Positions 20,440 to 27,877 of a stretch of DNA of 64,000 bases are shown here, in pieces. Location: NCBI GenBank assembly GCA_965116535.1, contig OZ220703.1, forward strand, positions 2,385,464-2,449,463. The letters are read 5' to 3'. The stretch is from Acidimicrobiales bacterium. GTDB taxonomy: Bacteria; Actinomycetota; Acidimicrobiia; Acidimicrobiales; Bin134. The translations under genes were made by a program, and so were the position numbers. Within the stretch, counting starts at the first letter, position 1. Each line of letters opens with the position of its first letter. The notes under the pieces are model-generated. The model was not told where the DNA came from. It made no database searches and saw only the letters and a list, made by a program, of their open reading frames with translations.

Positions 20440-20515
20440 GGATGGAGCTAGAGGGAATCGAACCCTCCCGGCGGGGTGCTAAGGCCGGCCGGCCCGACCA
20501 CGGGTAGCCCCATCC
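20440..20515 (-). ncRNA. tRNA(Ala)-like cloverleaf, non-canonical (possible pseudo-tRNA or novel tRNA-like RNA)
   Basis: The minus strand reads GGAU-GGGGCUA-CCCGUGGUCGGG-CCGGCCGGCCUUAGCACCCCGCCGG-GAGGGUUCGAUUCCCUC-UAGCUCC-A-UCC. The acceptor GGGGCUA/UAGCUCC has G3:U70 and A73. The T-arm is canonical with loop UUCGAUU, and the D-like arm has a GG loop. The UUAGCAC loop resembles the tRNA-Ala anticodon loop, but the anticodon stem is not canonical. The core 69 nt span 20443-20511. Confidence 0.45.
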
Positions 20516-20516
20516 T

Positions 20517-20579
20517 GGAGGAAGCAACGCTTCACTCCTCGGGCCGTACCGGGCCTGCATGGCGGGTCCGGTACGGCCC
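20517..20579. other. two adjacent strong hairpins (9 bp with one bulge, and a perfect 12 bp)
   Basis: 20517-20538 is ggaggaagc-aac-gcttcactcc. In 20541-20579, gggccgtaccgg pairs with ccggtacggccc around a 15-nt loop. Only 1-2 nt linkers separate the hairpins from each other and from the tRNA-like element. Confidence 0.7.
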
Positions 20580-20583
20580 AGTT

Positions 20584-20605
20584 CAGCATATACGGAGATA
20601 TACTG
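20584..20605. promoter_or_regulatory. A/T-rich imperfect palindrome in the divergent thrS upstream region
   Basis: cagcatat-acggag-atatactg has 8-bp arms with one mismatch. It lies in the only A/T-rich stretch, 20580-20640, just upstream of the thrS ATG at 20653. Confidence 0.35.
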
Positions 20606-20652
20606 AAAACAAATGACGACGAAATTGCATGAACATCTAGGGTTGTCCGGGT

Positions 20653-22641
20653 ATGGCTGAGATCAGCGTCCTTCTCCCCGACGGCAGCACACGCACGATT
20701 CCCTCAGGGGCTACCGCAGGCGACCTCGCTGCTGACATCGGCCCCGGACTAGCCAAGGCCGCCCTCATCGCCACTGTCGACGACGTCGAGGTGGATTTGA
20801 GCAATCCCCTTGCCGACGGCCAGCAAGTTTCGATCATCACCGCTGACAGCGACGCCGGCCTGGAGACGCTGCGCCACTCCACGGCCCATGTGCTGGCCCA
20901 AGCGGTGCTGGAGATGTACCCCGGGGCCACCTACGCGGTAGGCCCGCCCATTCAAGACGGCTTCTACTACGACTTCGACCTGCCCGACGGGGCCACCATC
21001 AGCGACGACGACCTCGAGACCATCGAGGCTCGGATGCGGGAGATCATCGAAGCCGACCAGCCCTTCGAGCGCCACGAAGTGTCGGCTGCCGAAGGGCTCG
21101 AGCTCTTTGCCGACCACCCCTACAAGCGGGAGATCATCGAAACGGTGGCCCTGGCCACTGGTGCTGACGGCTCTGGGCAGCCCGCCGACGAGCTGGCCGA
21201 TGAGGTGGCCGGCGACGGCCAGATCAGCTACTACCGCAACTCGGATTCCTTCATCGATTTGTGCCGCGGCCCCCACGTTCCCTCCACCGGCCGCCTGGGG
21301 CACTTCAAGCTGATGAGCGTGGCCGGGGCCTACTGGCGGCGCGACGCCGGCCGCCCCTCATTGCAGCGCATCTACGGCACGGCTTGGGCTTCCCGCAAGG
21401 ATCTGGCTGCCCACCTGCACCGGTTGGCCGAGGCTGAAAAGCGGGACCACCGCCGCCTGGCCCGTGAGCTCGACTTGTTGTCGTGGCCCACGGAGCTGGG
21501 ACCGGGGCTGGCGGTATGGCACCCCAAAGGCGCGGCGGTGCGCCGCATCATCGAGGACTACAGCCGAAACCGGCACGACGAGGGTGGCTATCAGTCGGTG
21601 GTCACCCCCCACATTGCCCGCTCGGAGCTGTGGGAGACCAGCGGCCATCTGGACTTCTACCGGGAGTCCATGTACCCGGCCATGGAGTTGGACGGATCCT
21701 CCTACCACCTCAAGCCGATGAACTGCCCCTTCCACGTGCTGATCTACAAGAGCAGCCAGCGATCCTATCGCGACCTGCCCATCCGCATGTTCGAGCTGGG
21801 CACGGTGTACCGCTACGAGCTGTCAGGGGCGGTCCACGGACTGATGCGCTCCAGGGGATTCACTCAGGACGACAGCCACATTTTTGCCACCAGAGAGCAG
21901 GCCCCCGCCGAGATCGCCTCGCTGGTGGCCTTTGTGTTGTCGGTGCTGCGGGCGTTCGGCTTCGACTCCTTCGATTCCCGCTTGGCCACCCGCCCCCCGG
22001 AGAAGTCGATAGGTGACGACGCCGAGTGGGACCTAGCCACCGACGCCCTCCGCGATGCCTTGGTAACCGCGGAACTGGACTACGAGTTGGACGAGGGTGG
22101 CGGTGCCTTTTACGGGCCCAAGATCGACATCGACGTGCGAGACGCCATCGGGCGGAGCTGGCAGCTGTCCACCATCCAGGTGGACTTTCAACTCCCCGAG
22201 CGGTTCGGCCTCGAATATGTGGGCTCCGACGGCAACCGCCATCGCCCGGTGATGATCCACCGCGCGCTCATGGGATCGATCGAGCGTTTCTTCGGCGTTC
22301 TCATCGAGCACTACGGCGGTGCCTTCCCGGCCTGGTTGGCCCCGGTTCAAGCCGCCATATTGCCGGTGGCCGCCACCCACGCCGACTTTGCCGCCGAGGT
22401 GGAGGCCCGCCTCAGACAACAAGGCTTCCGGGTCGAAGTGGCGGAGGCCCAAGAGCCGTTGGGTCGGCGCATCCGAGCGGCCAAGCTCCAGAAGCTGCCT
22501 TATGTGCTGGTGGTGGGCGACGATGACGTGGCCCACGGCACTGTGGGGGTCAATGCCCGAGGCAGCGACGGCGACGAGCGGGGTGTGAGGCTGGAAGACT
22601 TCGCGGCCCGCCTGGGCGACGACGTGGACGCCCACCGCTAG
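20653..22641 (+). CDS. thrS: threonine--tRNA ligase
   Basis: 662 aa with a TGS domain at the N-terminus, an editing domain (HSTAHVLAQAV), a class II core and an anticodon-binding C-terminus. Confidence 0.95.
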   Translation: MAEISVLLPDGSTRTIPSGATAGDLAADIGPGLAKAALIATVDDVEVDLSNPLADGQQVSIITADSDAGLETLRHSTAHVLAQAVLEMYPGATYAVGPPIQDGFYYDFDLPDGATISDDDLETIEARMREIIEADQPFERHEVSAAEGLELFADHPYKREIIETVALATGADGSGQPADELADEVAGDGQISYYRNSDSFIDLCRGPHVPSTGRLGHFKLMSVAGAYWRRDAGRPSLQRIYGTAWASRKDLAAHLHRLAEAEKRDHRRLARELDLLSWPTELGPGLAVWHPKGAAVRRIIEDYSRNRHDEGGYQSVVTPHIARSELWETSGHLDFYRESMYPAMELDGSSYHLKPMNCPFHVLIYKSSQRSYRDLPIRMFELGTVYRYELSGAVHGLMRSRGFTQDDSHIFATREQAPAEIASLVAFVLSVLRAFGFDSFDSRLATRPPEKSIGDDAEWDLATDALRDALVTAELDYELDEGGGAFYGPKIDIDVRDAIGRSWQLSTIQVDFQLPERFGLEYVGSDGNRHRPVMIHRALMGSIERFFGVLIEHYGGAFPAWLAPVQAAILPVAATHADFAAEVEARLRQQGFRVEVAEAQEPLGRRIRAAKLQKLPYVLVVGDDDVAHGTVGVNARGSDGDERGVRLEDFAARLGDDVDAHR

Positions 22642-22688
22642 TGTCCAAATTGAGGGAAACCGACAATTCCCGATGAGAGGAGGGCCTG

Positions 22689-23192
22689 ATGCTGGAGCGC
22701 TTGTGGGCCCCATGGCGCAGCCGCTATGTGGCGGGACTTGGGGCTGATAACTCCGACTCGGGAGAGGGCACGCTGTTCGAGCGCATCTTGGCCGCTCCCG
22801 AACCAGATGAGGAGACCGGCATCTTGTGGCGGGGCGACACCTGCTTCGCGGTGCTCAACGCCCATCCCTACGGAAGCGGCCACTTGATGGTGGTCCCCAA
22901 TCGGGCGGTGGCCGACTTGGCCGATCTCACCGGTGCCGAGAGCGAGGAACTGTGGTCCGCGGTCCAGAATGCCGTGGCCGCCATCCGCCGGGCCTACAGC
23001 CCCGATGGAGTGAACGTGGGCCTCAATCTGGGTGCCGCCGCCGGTGCCGGCATTCCCGACCACCTCCACGTTCACTGCATGCCCCGCTGGCAGGGCGACA
23101 CCAACTTCATGACCACCGTGGCCGAGGCCCGAGTGCTCCCCGAGCCCCTGTCAGAGTCATGGTCCAAGCTGAAGGCTGCCTGGAGGGCTTAG
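22689..23192 (+). CDS. HIT family protein (Ap4A phosphorylase-like)
   Basis: 167 aa with the histidine triad HLHVHCMPRW. It occupies the same position next to thrS as in mycobacteria. Confidence 0.85.
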   Translation: MLERLWAPWRSRYVAGLGADNSDSGEGTLFERILAAPEPDEETGILWRGDTCFAVLNAHPYGSGHLMVVPNRAVADLADLTGAESEELWSAVQNAVAAIRRAYSPDGVNVGLNLGAAAGAGIPDHLHVHCMPRWQGDTNFMTTVAEARVLPEPLSESWSKLKAAWRA

Positions 23193-24349
23193 AGTCGGAC
23201 GCCCAGCAGGGCAGCGGCGGGGGCGATTCCGCCGGCTGAGGCGGCGTCGTCGATGACCGCTACCGCCGAGGGGGAATCCAAGTCGTCGTCCAGGCAGGCC
23301 CGCACCTGATTTAGGACGGCCGGGGCTGAATCGGGGCTGCTGGCCGCCGCCTGCCAGGATTCGAGCCGTTCGGCGGCGGTGGGCATGACCGCATCGTCCC
23401 ACTCCCAGGAATCCCGGTAGTGGTGGGCCACGATGGCCAGGCGGATGGCCCGGGGGTCGTACTCCTTCAACAGGTCGGATACGAACACTAGGTTGCCCAG
23501 CGACTTGGACATCTTTTCGCCGTCCATCCGCACCATGGCCTGGTGCATCCAGTGGCGCACGAACTGCGTTCCGGTGACCACCTCCGACTGGGCGGCCTCG
23601 CATTCGTGATGGGGGTAGACCAGATCGGTTCCTCCCCCGTGCAAGTCCACGGTCTCGCCCAGCTCCCGCATGGCCAGCGCCGAGCACTCGATGTGCCAAC
23701 CGGGGCGACCCGGACCCCACTTGGAGTCCCAGGCGGGCTCATCGGGAGCGGACTTCTGCCACAGCACGAAGTCCAAGGGGTCGCGTTTGTTGGGATCGTC
23801 GGGATTGCCCCCATGCTCGGCGGCCAGAGCCAGCATGGCGTCTCGGTCCAGGTGGCTGACCTGGCCGAAGCGGTCGAATGAGGAGATCTCGAAGTACACC
23901 GACCCGCCCGACTGGTAGGCGTGGCCCTGGTCGAGCACCAGGCCGATCATCTTGCGGATGTCGGCGATCGCCGATGTGGCCCGGGGCTCCGACCAGCACG
24001 GCAGCATGTCCAAGGCCTCCATGTCGGAGTCGAACCGGGCGGTCTCGGCCGCGGCCAGATCCAGATAGTGGACGCCGATCTGCCGGGCCTTGCGGAGGAT
24101 GTCGTCGTCGACGTCGGTGATGTTGCGCACGCAGCGGGTTTCGTGGCCCCGGTCGCGCAGACGCCGTTGGAGCACGTCGTAGGCCACGTAAGTGGCGGCA
24201 TGGCCCAGGTGGGTGGCGTCGTAGGGGGTGATGCCGCAGGTGTACATGGTTACCACCGGCCCCGGCTCGAACGGCACCACTGCCTGACGAGCAGTGTCGT
24301 GGAGGCGCATTGGACCACCGGGGTCGGCGCCGGCAGGCGGGGGCGGCAT
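23189..24349 (-). CDS. mshC: L-cysteine:1D-myo-inositol 2-amino-2-deoxy-alpha-D-glucopyranoside ligase (mycothiol ligase)
   Basis: It has a CysRS-like catalytic core (TMYTCGITPYDATHLGHA, KMSKSLGN) but no anticodon-binding domain. The C-terminus DDDLDSP...ALLGVRL resembles MshC. An alternative start is at 24310. Confidence 0.8.
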   Translation of the reverse strand: MPPPPAGADPGGPMRLHDTARQAVVPFEPGPVVTMYTCGITPYDATHLGHAATYVAYDVLQRRLRDRGHETRCVRNITDVDDDILRKARQIGVHYLDLAAAETARFDSDMEALDMLPCWSEPRATSAIADIRKMIGLVLDQGHAYQSGGSVYFEISSFDRFGQVSHLDRDAMLALAAEHGGNPDDPNKRDPLDFVLWQKSAPDEPAWDSKWGPGRPGWHIECSALAMRELGETVDLHGGGTDLVYPHHECEAAQSEVVTGTQFVRHWMHQAMVRMDGEKMSKSLGNLVFVSDLLKEYDPRAIRLAIVAHHYRDSWEWDDAVMPTAAERLESWQAAASSPDSAPAVLNQVRACLDDDLDSPSAVAVIDDAASAGGIAPAAALLGVRL

Positions 24350-24352
24350 GGC

Positions 24353-25018
24353 TCAGCCGCCTTCGAGGCCAGTCCCGGTGAAGCGGACCGCCACCCGGGC
24401 CCTGTAGCGGACGTTGAGGTGCAGCAGTACCGCGGTGAAAGCCTCGATGGCGGTGGCGCACGACAGCGGGCCGGCGTCGAGGGCTCGAACACCGGGGAGC
24501 TTGTCCATTATCTCCATGGTGGTGGCGGTGGCCTCGGGGTGATCCGAGCACACCAGCACATCGCAGTCCACCCAATGTTTCAGATCGCCCAGATTGTGGG
24601 CCGGCACATGTTGGAGGGCGGCCGACACCAGGGCTTGGGGAACCGCCGCTTGCACCGCGGCGGCAATCGAGCCTCGGGACGGCACCAGCGGCTGGAACTC
24701 CCGTCCCATCTTGGTGAGGGCATTGGCCATGCTGATTACCACCTTGCCGGCCAACTCGTCGGCCACGGTGGCCGCAGTGGCCGCAGCTGCATCCCACGGG
24801 GTGGCCACCACCACCACATCGCAGGCCGCGGCGCCGGGATTGGCCGCGCCGGACAGGGAGAGCTCATGGTCGGGCCATTCGGCCAACAGGCCTTCGCAGA
24901 TCTCGGCGGCCCGCTCGGCCGAGCGCGACCCAACCACAGTTTCGATGCCCACCGATGCCAGCCGCACGGCCAGAGCGCGGCCCGCCGGTCCTGTGCCTCC
25001 GAGAATCCCAATCCGCAT
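24353..25018 (-). CDS. NADPH-dependent F420 reductase (NpdG/Fno-like)
   Basis: It starts at the ATG at 25018 with MRIGILGGTGPAGRALAVRLA, a Rossmann motif. The track ORF extension to 25129 lies in the intergenic repeat region. Confidence 0.75.
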   Translation of the reverse strand: MRIGILGGTGPAGRALAVRLASVGIETVVGSRSAERAAEICEGLLAEWPDHELSLSGAANPGAAACDVVVVATPWDAAAATAATVADELAGKVVISMANALTKMGREFQPLVPSRGSIAAAVQAAVPQALVSAALQHVPAHNLGDLKHWVDCDVLVCSDHPEATATTMEIMDKLPGVRALDAGPLSCATAIEAFTAVLLHLNVRYRARVAVRFTGTGLEGG

Positions 25019-25043
25019 CGGTCTAACGGTATAGGAGGGGTAC

Positions 25044-25100
25044 TCCCGATCCCACATAGGACCGTGGAGAGGCGTGTTCCCGATCCCACATAGGACCGTG
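25044..25100. repeat. two identical 23-bp direct repeats (tcccgatcccacataggaccgtg), 34 bp apart
   Basis: The exact copies are at 25044-25066 and 25078-25100, in the divergent intergenic region between the F420 reductase gene and fabI. Confidence 0.85.
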
Positions 25101-25134
25101 AAATCCACTCCGGCGCGAGTAGCCTGCAACGATC

Positions 25135-25902
25135 ATGGGACTCCTCGATGGGAAACGGATTCTGGTCACCGGAGTGCTGACCGATGCCTCAATCGCCTTT
25201 GGAATTGCGTCGGTGGCCGCCGCTGAGGGTGCCGAGTTGGTACTGACCGGCGCGGGTCGGGGCCTCAGCCTCACCGAGCGAACCGCTCGCAAGCTTCCGG
25301 GCCCACCGCCAGTGCTGGCCTTCGACGTTACCGAGCCCGACCACACCGCCGCCCTGCGAGATGAGTTGGCCAACCGGTGGGGGTCGGTGGACGGCGCCGT
25401 ACACGCCATCGGGTTCGCCCCCGAGGTGTGTCTGGGCGACGACTTCATGGCCGCCGGTTGGGACGACGTGAAGGTCGCCCTGGAGATCTCGGCCTATTCG
25501 CTCAAGACTCTGGCCGAGGTGGTGGTGCCGCTCATGGACGACGGCGGTTCGATCGTGGGACTCGATTTCGACGCCACCGTGGCCTGGCCCTTCTACAACT
25601 GGATGGGGGTGGCCAAGGCGGCCTTCGAGTCCACTGCCCGCTATCTGGCCCGCTCGTTGGGCGAGCAGGGCATTCGGGTGAACCTGGTGGCCGCGGGCCC
25701 GGTGCGCACCATGGCCGCCCGCTCTATTCCCGGCTTCGAGGTGTTCGAGGACTCCTGGGCAGGACGAGCCCCGTTGGGCTGGGACGTCAAGGACAGCTCG
25801 GCGGTGGCCAAGGCCGCGGTCGCGCTCTTGTCAGACTGGTTCCCGATGACCACCGGCGAGATGATCCACGTCGACGGCGGCCATCACGCGATGGGCGCCT
25901 GA
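25135..25902 (+). CDS. fabI: enoyl-[acyl-carrier-protein] reductase (NADH), FabI/InhA-type
   Basis: 255 aa reading MGLLDGKRILVTGVLTDASIAFGIA..., an SDR fold with the FabI/InhA N-terminal signature. Confidence 0.85.
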   Translation: MGLLDGKRILVTGVLTDASIAFGIASVAAAEGAELVLTGAGRGLSLTERTARKLPGPPPVLAFDVTEPDHTAALRDELANRWGSVDGAVHAIGFAPEVCLGDDFMAAGWDDVKVALEISAYSLKTLAEVVVPLMDDGGSIVGLDFDATVAWPFYNWMGVAKAAFESTARYLARSLGEQGIRVNLVAAGPVRTMAARSIPGFEVFEDSWAGRAPLGWDVKDSSAVAKAAVALLSDWFPMTTGEMIHVDGGHHAMGA

Positions 25903-25905
25903 GCC

Positions 25906-26814
25906 TCAGTCCTCGGCCAGAGGATGGACGAAGTCGTCGGCGAAACGGTTGATGGCGTCGCGGTAAGCAGTTGCGTTCTCCAGTAGCCCACCACGCTGGT
26001 CGGTGCTGACATCGAGGAGGGTGGCCCAAGGAAGGGCGAACAGGCCAGTGACTCCCAACTCCTCGGACGCTCGGCGATAGAGGTCTACGGAGGGGGGCTC
26101 GTAGAAGCCGGTGATGATCTCGAAGGGCTCGTCGGCCCGGCCTTCCTCGGCCAGCATGGTGCGCAGGCGGGAAAGGATGTCGGCCAGCGTGTCCCAGTCG
26201 TAGGCATTGCCGATCCACCCGTCGGCATGGCGGGCCGCTCGGCGCAGCGCCGGACCGGAATGGCCGCCGGTGTAGATGGGGATGGGCTCATCGGGCGCCG
26301 GTCCCATCATCATGGCCGGGATGTCGTAGTACTCGCCGTGGAACTCCACCCAACCCGGCTTCCACAGCTCTCGTAGAGCCTCGATCATCTCGTTGGTGCG
26401 GGGGCCGCGGTTGTCGAAGTCTTGGCCCATCTGCTCGAACTCCTCGCGCATCCAGCCCGCGGCCATGCCCAGCGCCACCCGGTTGCCAGAGATCACCGCG
26501 GCGGTGGACACCTGCTTGGCCACCGAGAGGATGGGGCGATTGGGGGCGATGAATATGTTGTTGGAGAAGTGCAGGCGCTCGGTGGCGCCGATCATGGCCC
26601 CGATGGTGACCCAGCTGTCGGGCCAGGAGGTCTCGGGGTCCCAAATGGGCCGGCCGTCCTCATAGGGCGAGTACGGGTACGGGCTCTCGAGATCCTGGGG
26701 ATAGAAGATGTGATCCGAAAGGAGCATCCCGTGGTATCCGGCTTCATCAACCAATCGGGCAATGGGCACCAGCTCGGTGCTCTTCATGAATGCGGTCACA
26801 CACCAGAATTTCAT
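25906..26814 (-). CDS. LLM-class (luciferase-like) F420-dependent oxidoreductase
   Basis: ATG at 26814 gives MKFWCVTAFMKSTELVPIARLVDEAGYHGMLLSDH..., the luciferase-like monooxygenase pattern. Confidence 0.7.
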   Translation of the reverse strand: MKFWCVTAFMKSTELVPIARLVDEAGYHGMLLSDHIFYPQDLESPYPYSPYEDGRPIWDPETSWPDSWVTIGAMIGATERLHFSNNIFIAPNRPILSVAKQVSTAAVISGNRVALGMAAGWMREEFEQMGQDFDNRGPRTNEMIEALRELWKPGWVEFHGEYYDIPAMMMGPAPDEPIPIYTGGHSGPALRRAARHADGWIGNAYDWDTLADILSRLRTMLAEEGRADEPFEIITGFYEPPSVDLYRRASEELGVTGLFALPWATLLDVSTDQRGGLLENATAYRDAINRFADDFVHPLAED

Positions 26815-26821
26815 GTCGCCA

Positions 26822-27877
26822 TTATGGCCCCTGGGCGCGGTCGGTCTCATCGAAGAGGTCGCCCACCAGCACTTCCAGCACATCCTCCAGGGTGACCAGG
26901 CCGATAGTGCGTCGGCGAGAGCCTTGTCTCACGACAGCTAGGTGGCGCCGGCTGCCCTGCATCAGCGCCAGGGCCCCCTCCAGCGAAGTCTCCTCTTCGA
27001 TGGAGGGAACAACCCGGATCAAGTCGTCACCGAGGGGCTGGGTTGTGGGCGTGCCGGTGGTGTCGAGAAGGTCTTTGGCGTGAACGAACCCCACCACCTG
27101 GTCTATCGAGCCATCCCGGACGAGGATCCGGGAATGGCCGCTGGCGTTCATCACGTCGAGCACTTCAGCCAGCGTGGCCGCTCTCTCCACCGCAACAATT
27201 CGATCGCGGGGCACCATCACGGTGCGCACCGGACGAGCGGCCAGTTCCAGCGCGCTGGACAACAGCGATCGGTCGAATTCGTCTAAGAATCCCTCAGCAG
27301 CCGAGTGTTCCACCAGGGCGGCGAACTCTTGGGGAGTGCGCGCAGTGGGCAGCTCGTCAACAGGCTCCACTCCGCTCATCCGAACCAGACCCCTACTGAT
27401 GCTGTTCAACAGCCCGATGAGCGGGCCAAAGACCAGGGCGTACAGACGGTTTACCGGAGCCAGCCACATGGCGGTGCGCTCCGCCCCGGCCAAGGCAATG
27501 TTCTTGGGGACCATCTCTCCCAGAACCATGTGCAGGTAGACCACCAAGGTGAGCGAAACCGCGAACGAGATGGTGTGCAGCACCCCGGAGGGCAGATGCA
27601 CGAACGATTCCACCGCCCGCTCGATGAGGCGGGCCACGGCGGGCTCGGCCACAAATCCCAACCCCAGCGACGCCATGGTGATGCCCAGCTGGGCGCCAGC
27701 CAATTGGCGGTTGAGGTCGCTCATCGCCGCCAGCGTCATCCGAGCCCGTCGATTGCCGGCTTCGGCCAACGGCTCCAGGCGGGAACGACGGGCCGCGATC
27801 AACGCGAACTCAACCGCCACGAATCCAGCGTTGGCCAACAGGAGCACCACCGCGACGCCGATGTACAGCGCAGTCAT
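26822..27877 (-). CDS. CNNM/DUF21 + CBS-pair membrane protein (hemolysin/CorC-like)
   Basis: 351 aa with an N-terminal 4-TM DUF21 followed by CBS domains. It overlaps the paralog upstream by 4 bp. Confidence 0.8.
   Translation of the reverse strand: MTALYIGVAVVLLLANAGFVAVEFALIAARRSRLEPLAEAGNRRARMTLAAMSDLNRQLAGAQLGITMASLGLGFVAEPAVARLIERAVESFVHLPSGVLHTISFAVSLTLVVYLHMVLGEMVPKNIALAGAERTAMWLAPVNRLYALVFGPLIGLLNSISRGLVRMSGVEPVDELPTARTPQEFAALVEHSAAEGFLDEFDRSLLSSALELAARPVRTVMVPRDRIVAVERAATLAEVLDVMNASGHSRILVRDGSIDQVVGFVHAKDLLDTTGTPTTQPLGDDLIRVVPSIEEETSLEGALALMQGSRRHLAVVRQGSRRRTIGLVTLEDVLEVLVGDLFDETDRAQGP

Noticed and set aside
20440-20540. tRNA-Sec (selC), an attractive idea because a selenoprotein gene is present in the window
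   Set aside because: There is no UCA anticodon anywhere in the element, no long variable arm and no 8-bp/6-bp Sec-type stems. The acceptor is Ala-type (G3:U70).
20440-20652. tmRNA (ssrA) gene, suggested by the GGGGCUA...GGUUCGAUUCC...UAGCUCCA tRNA-Ala-like ends
   Set aside because: Only about 210 nt are available before the well-supported thrS start at 20653. The 5' acceptor strand lies just 69 nt upstream of the 3' end. I can find no tag-peptide reading frame or pseudoknot region. A typical ~350-nt actinobacterial tmRNA cannot fit.
20560-20652. T-box or other riboswitch leader upstream of thrS
   Set aside because: The leader is under 100 nt and I find no T-box consensus (AGGGUGGNACCGCG-like) or specifier-loop architecture. 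The structures are better described as plain hairpins.
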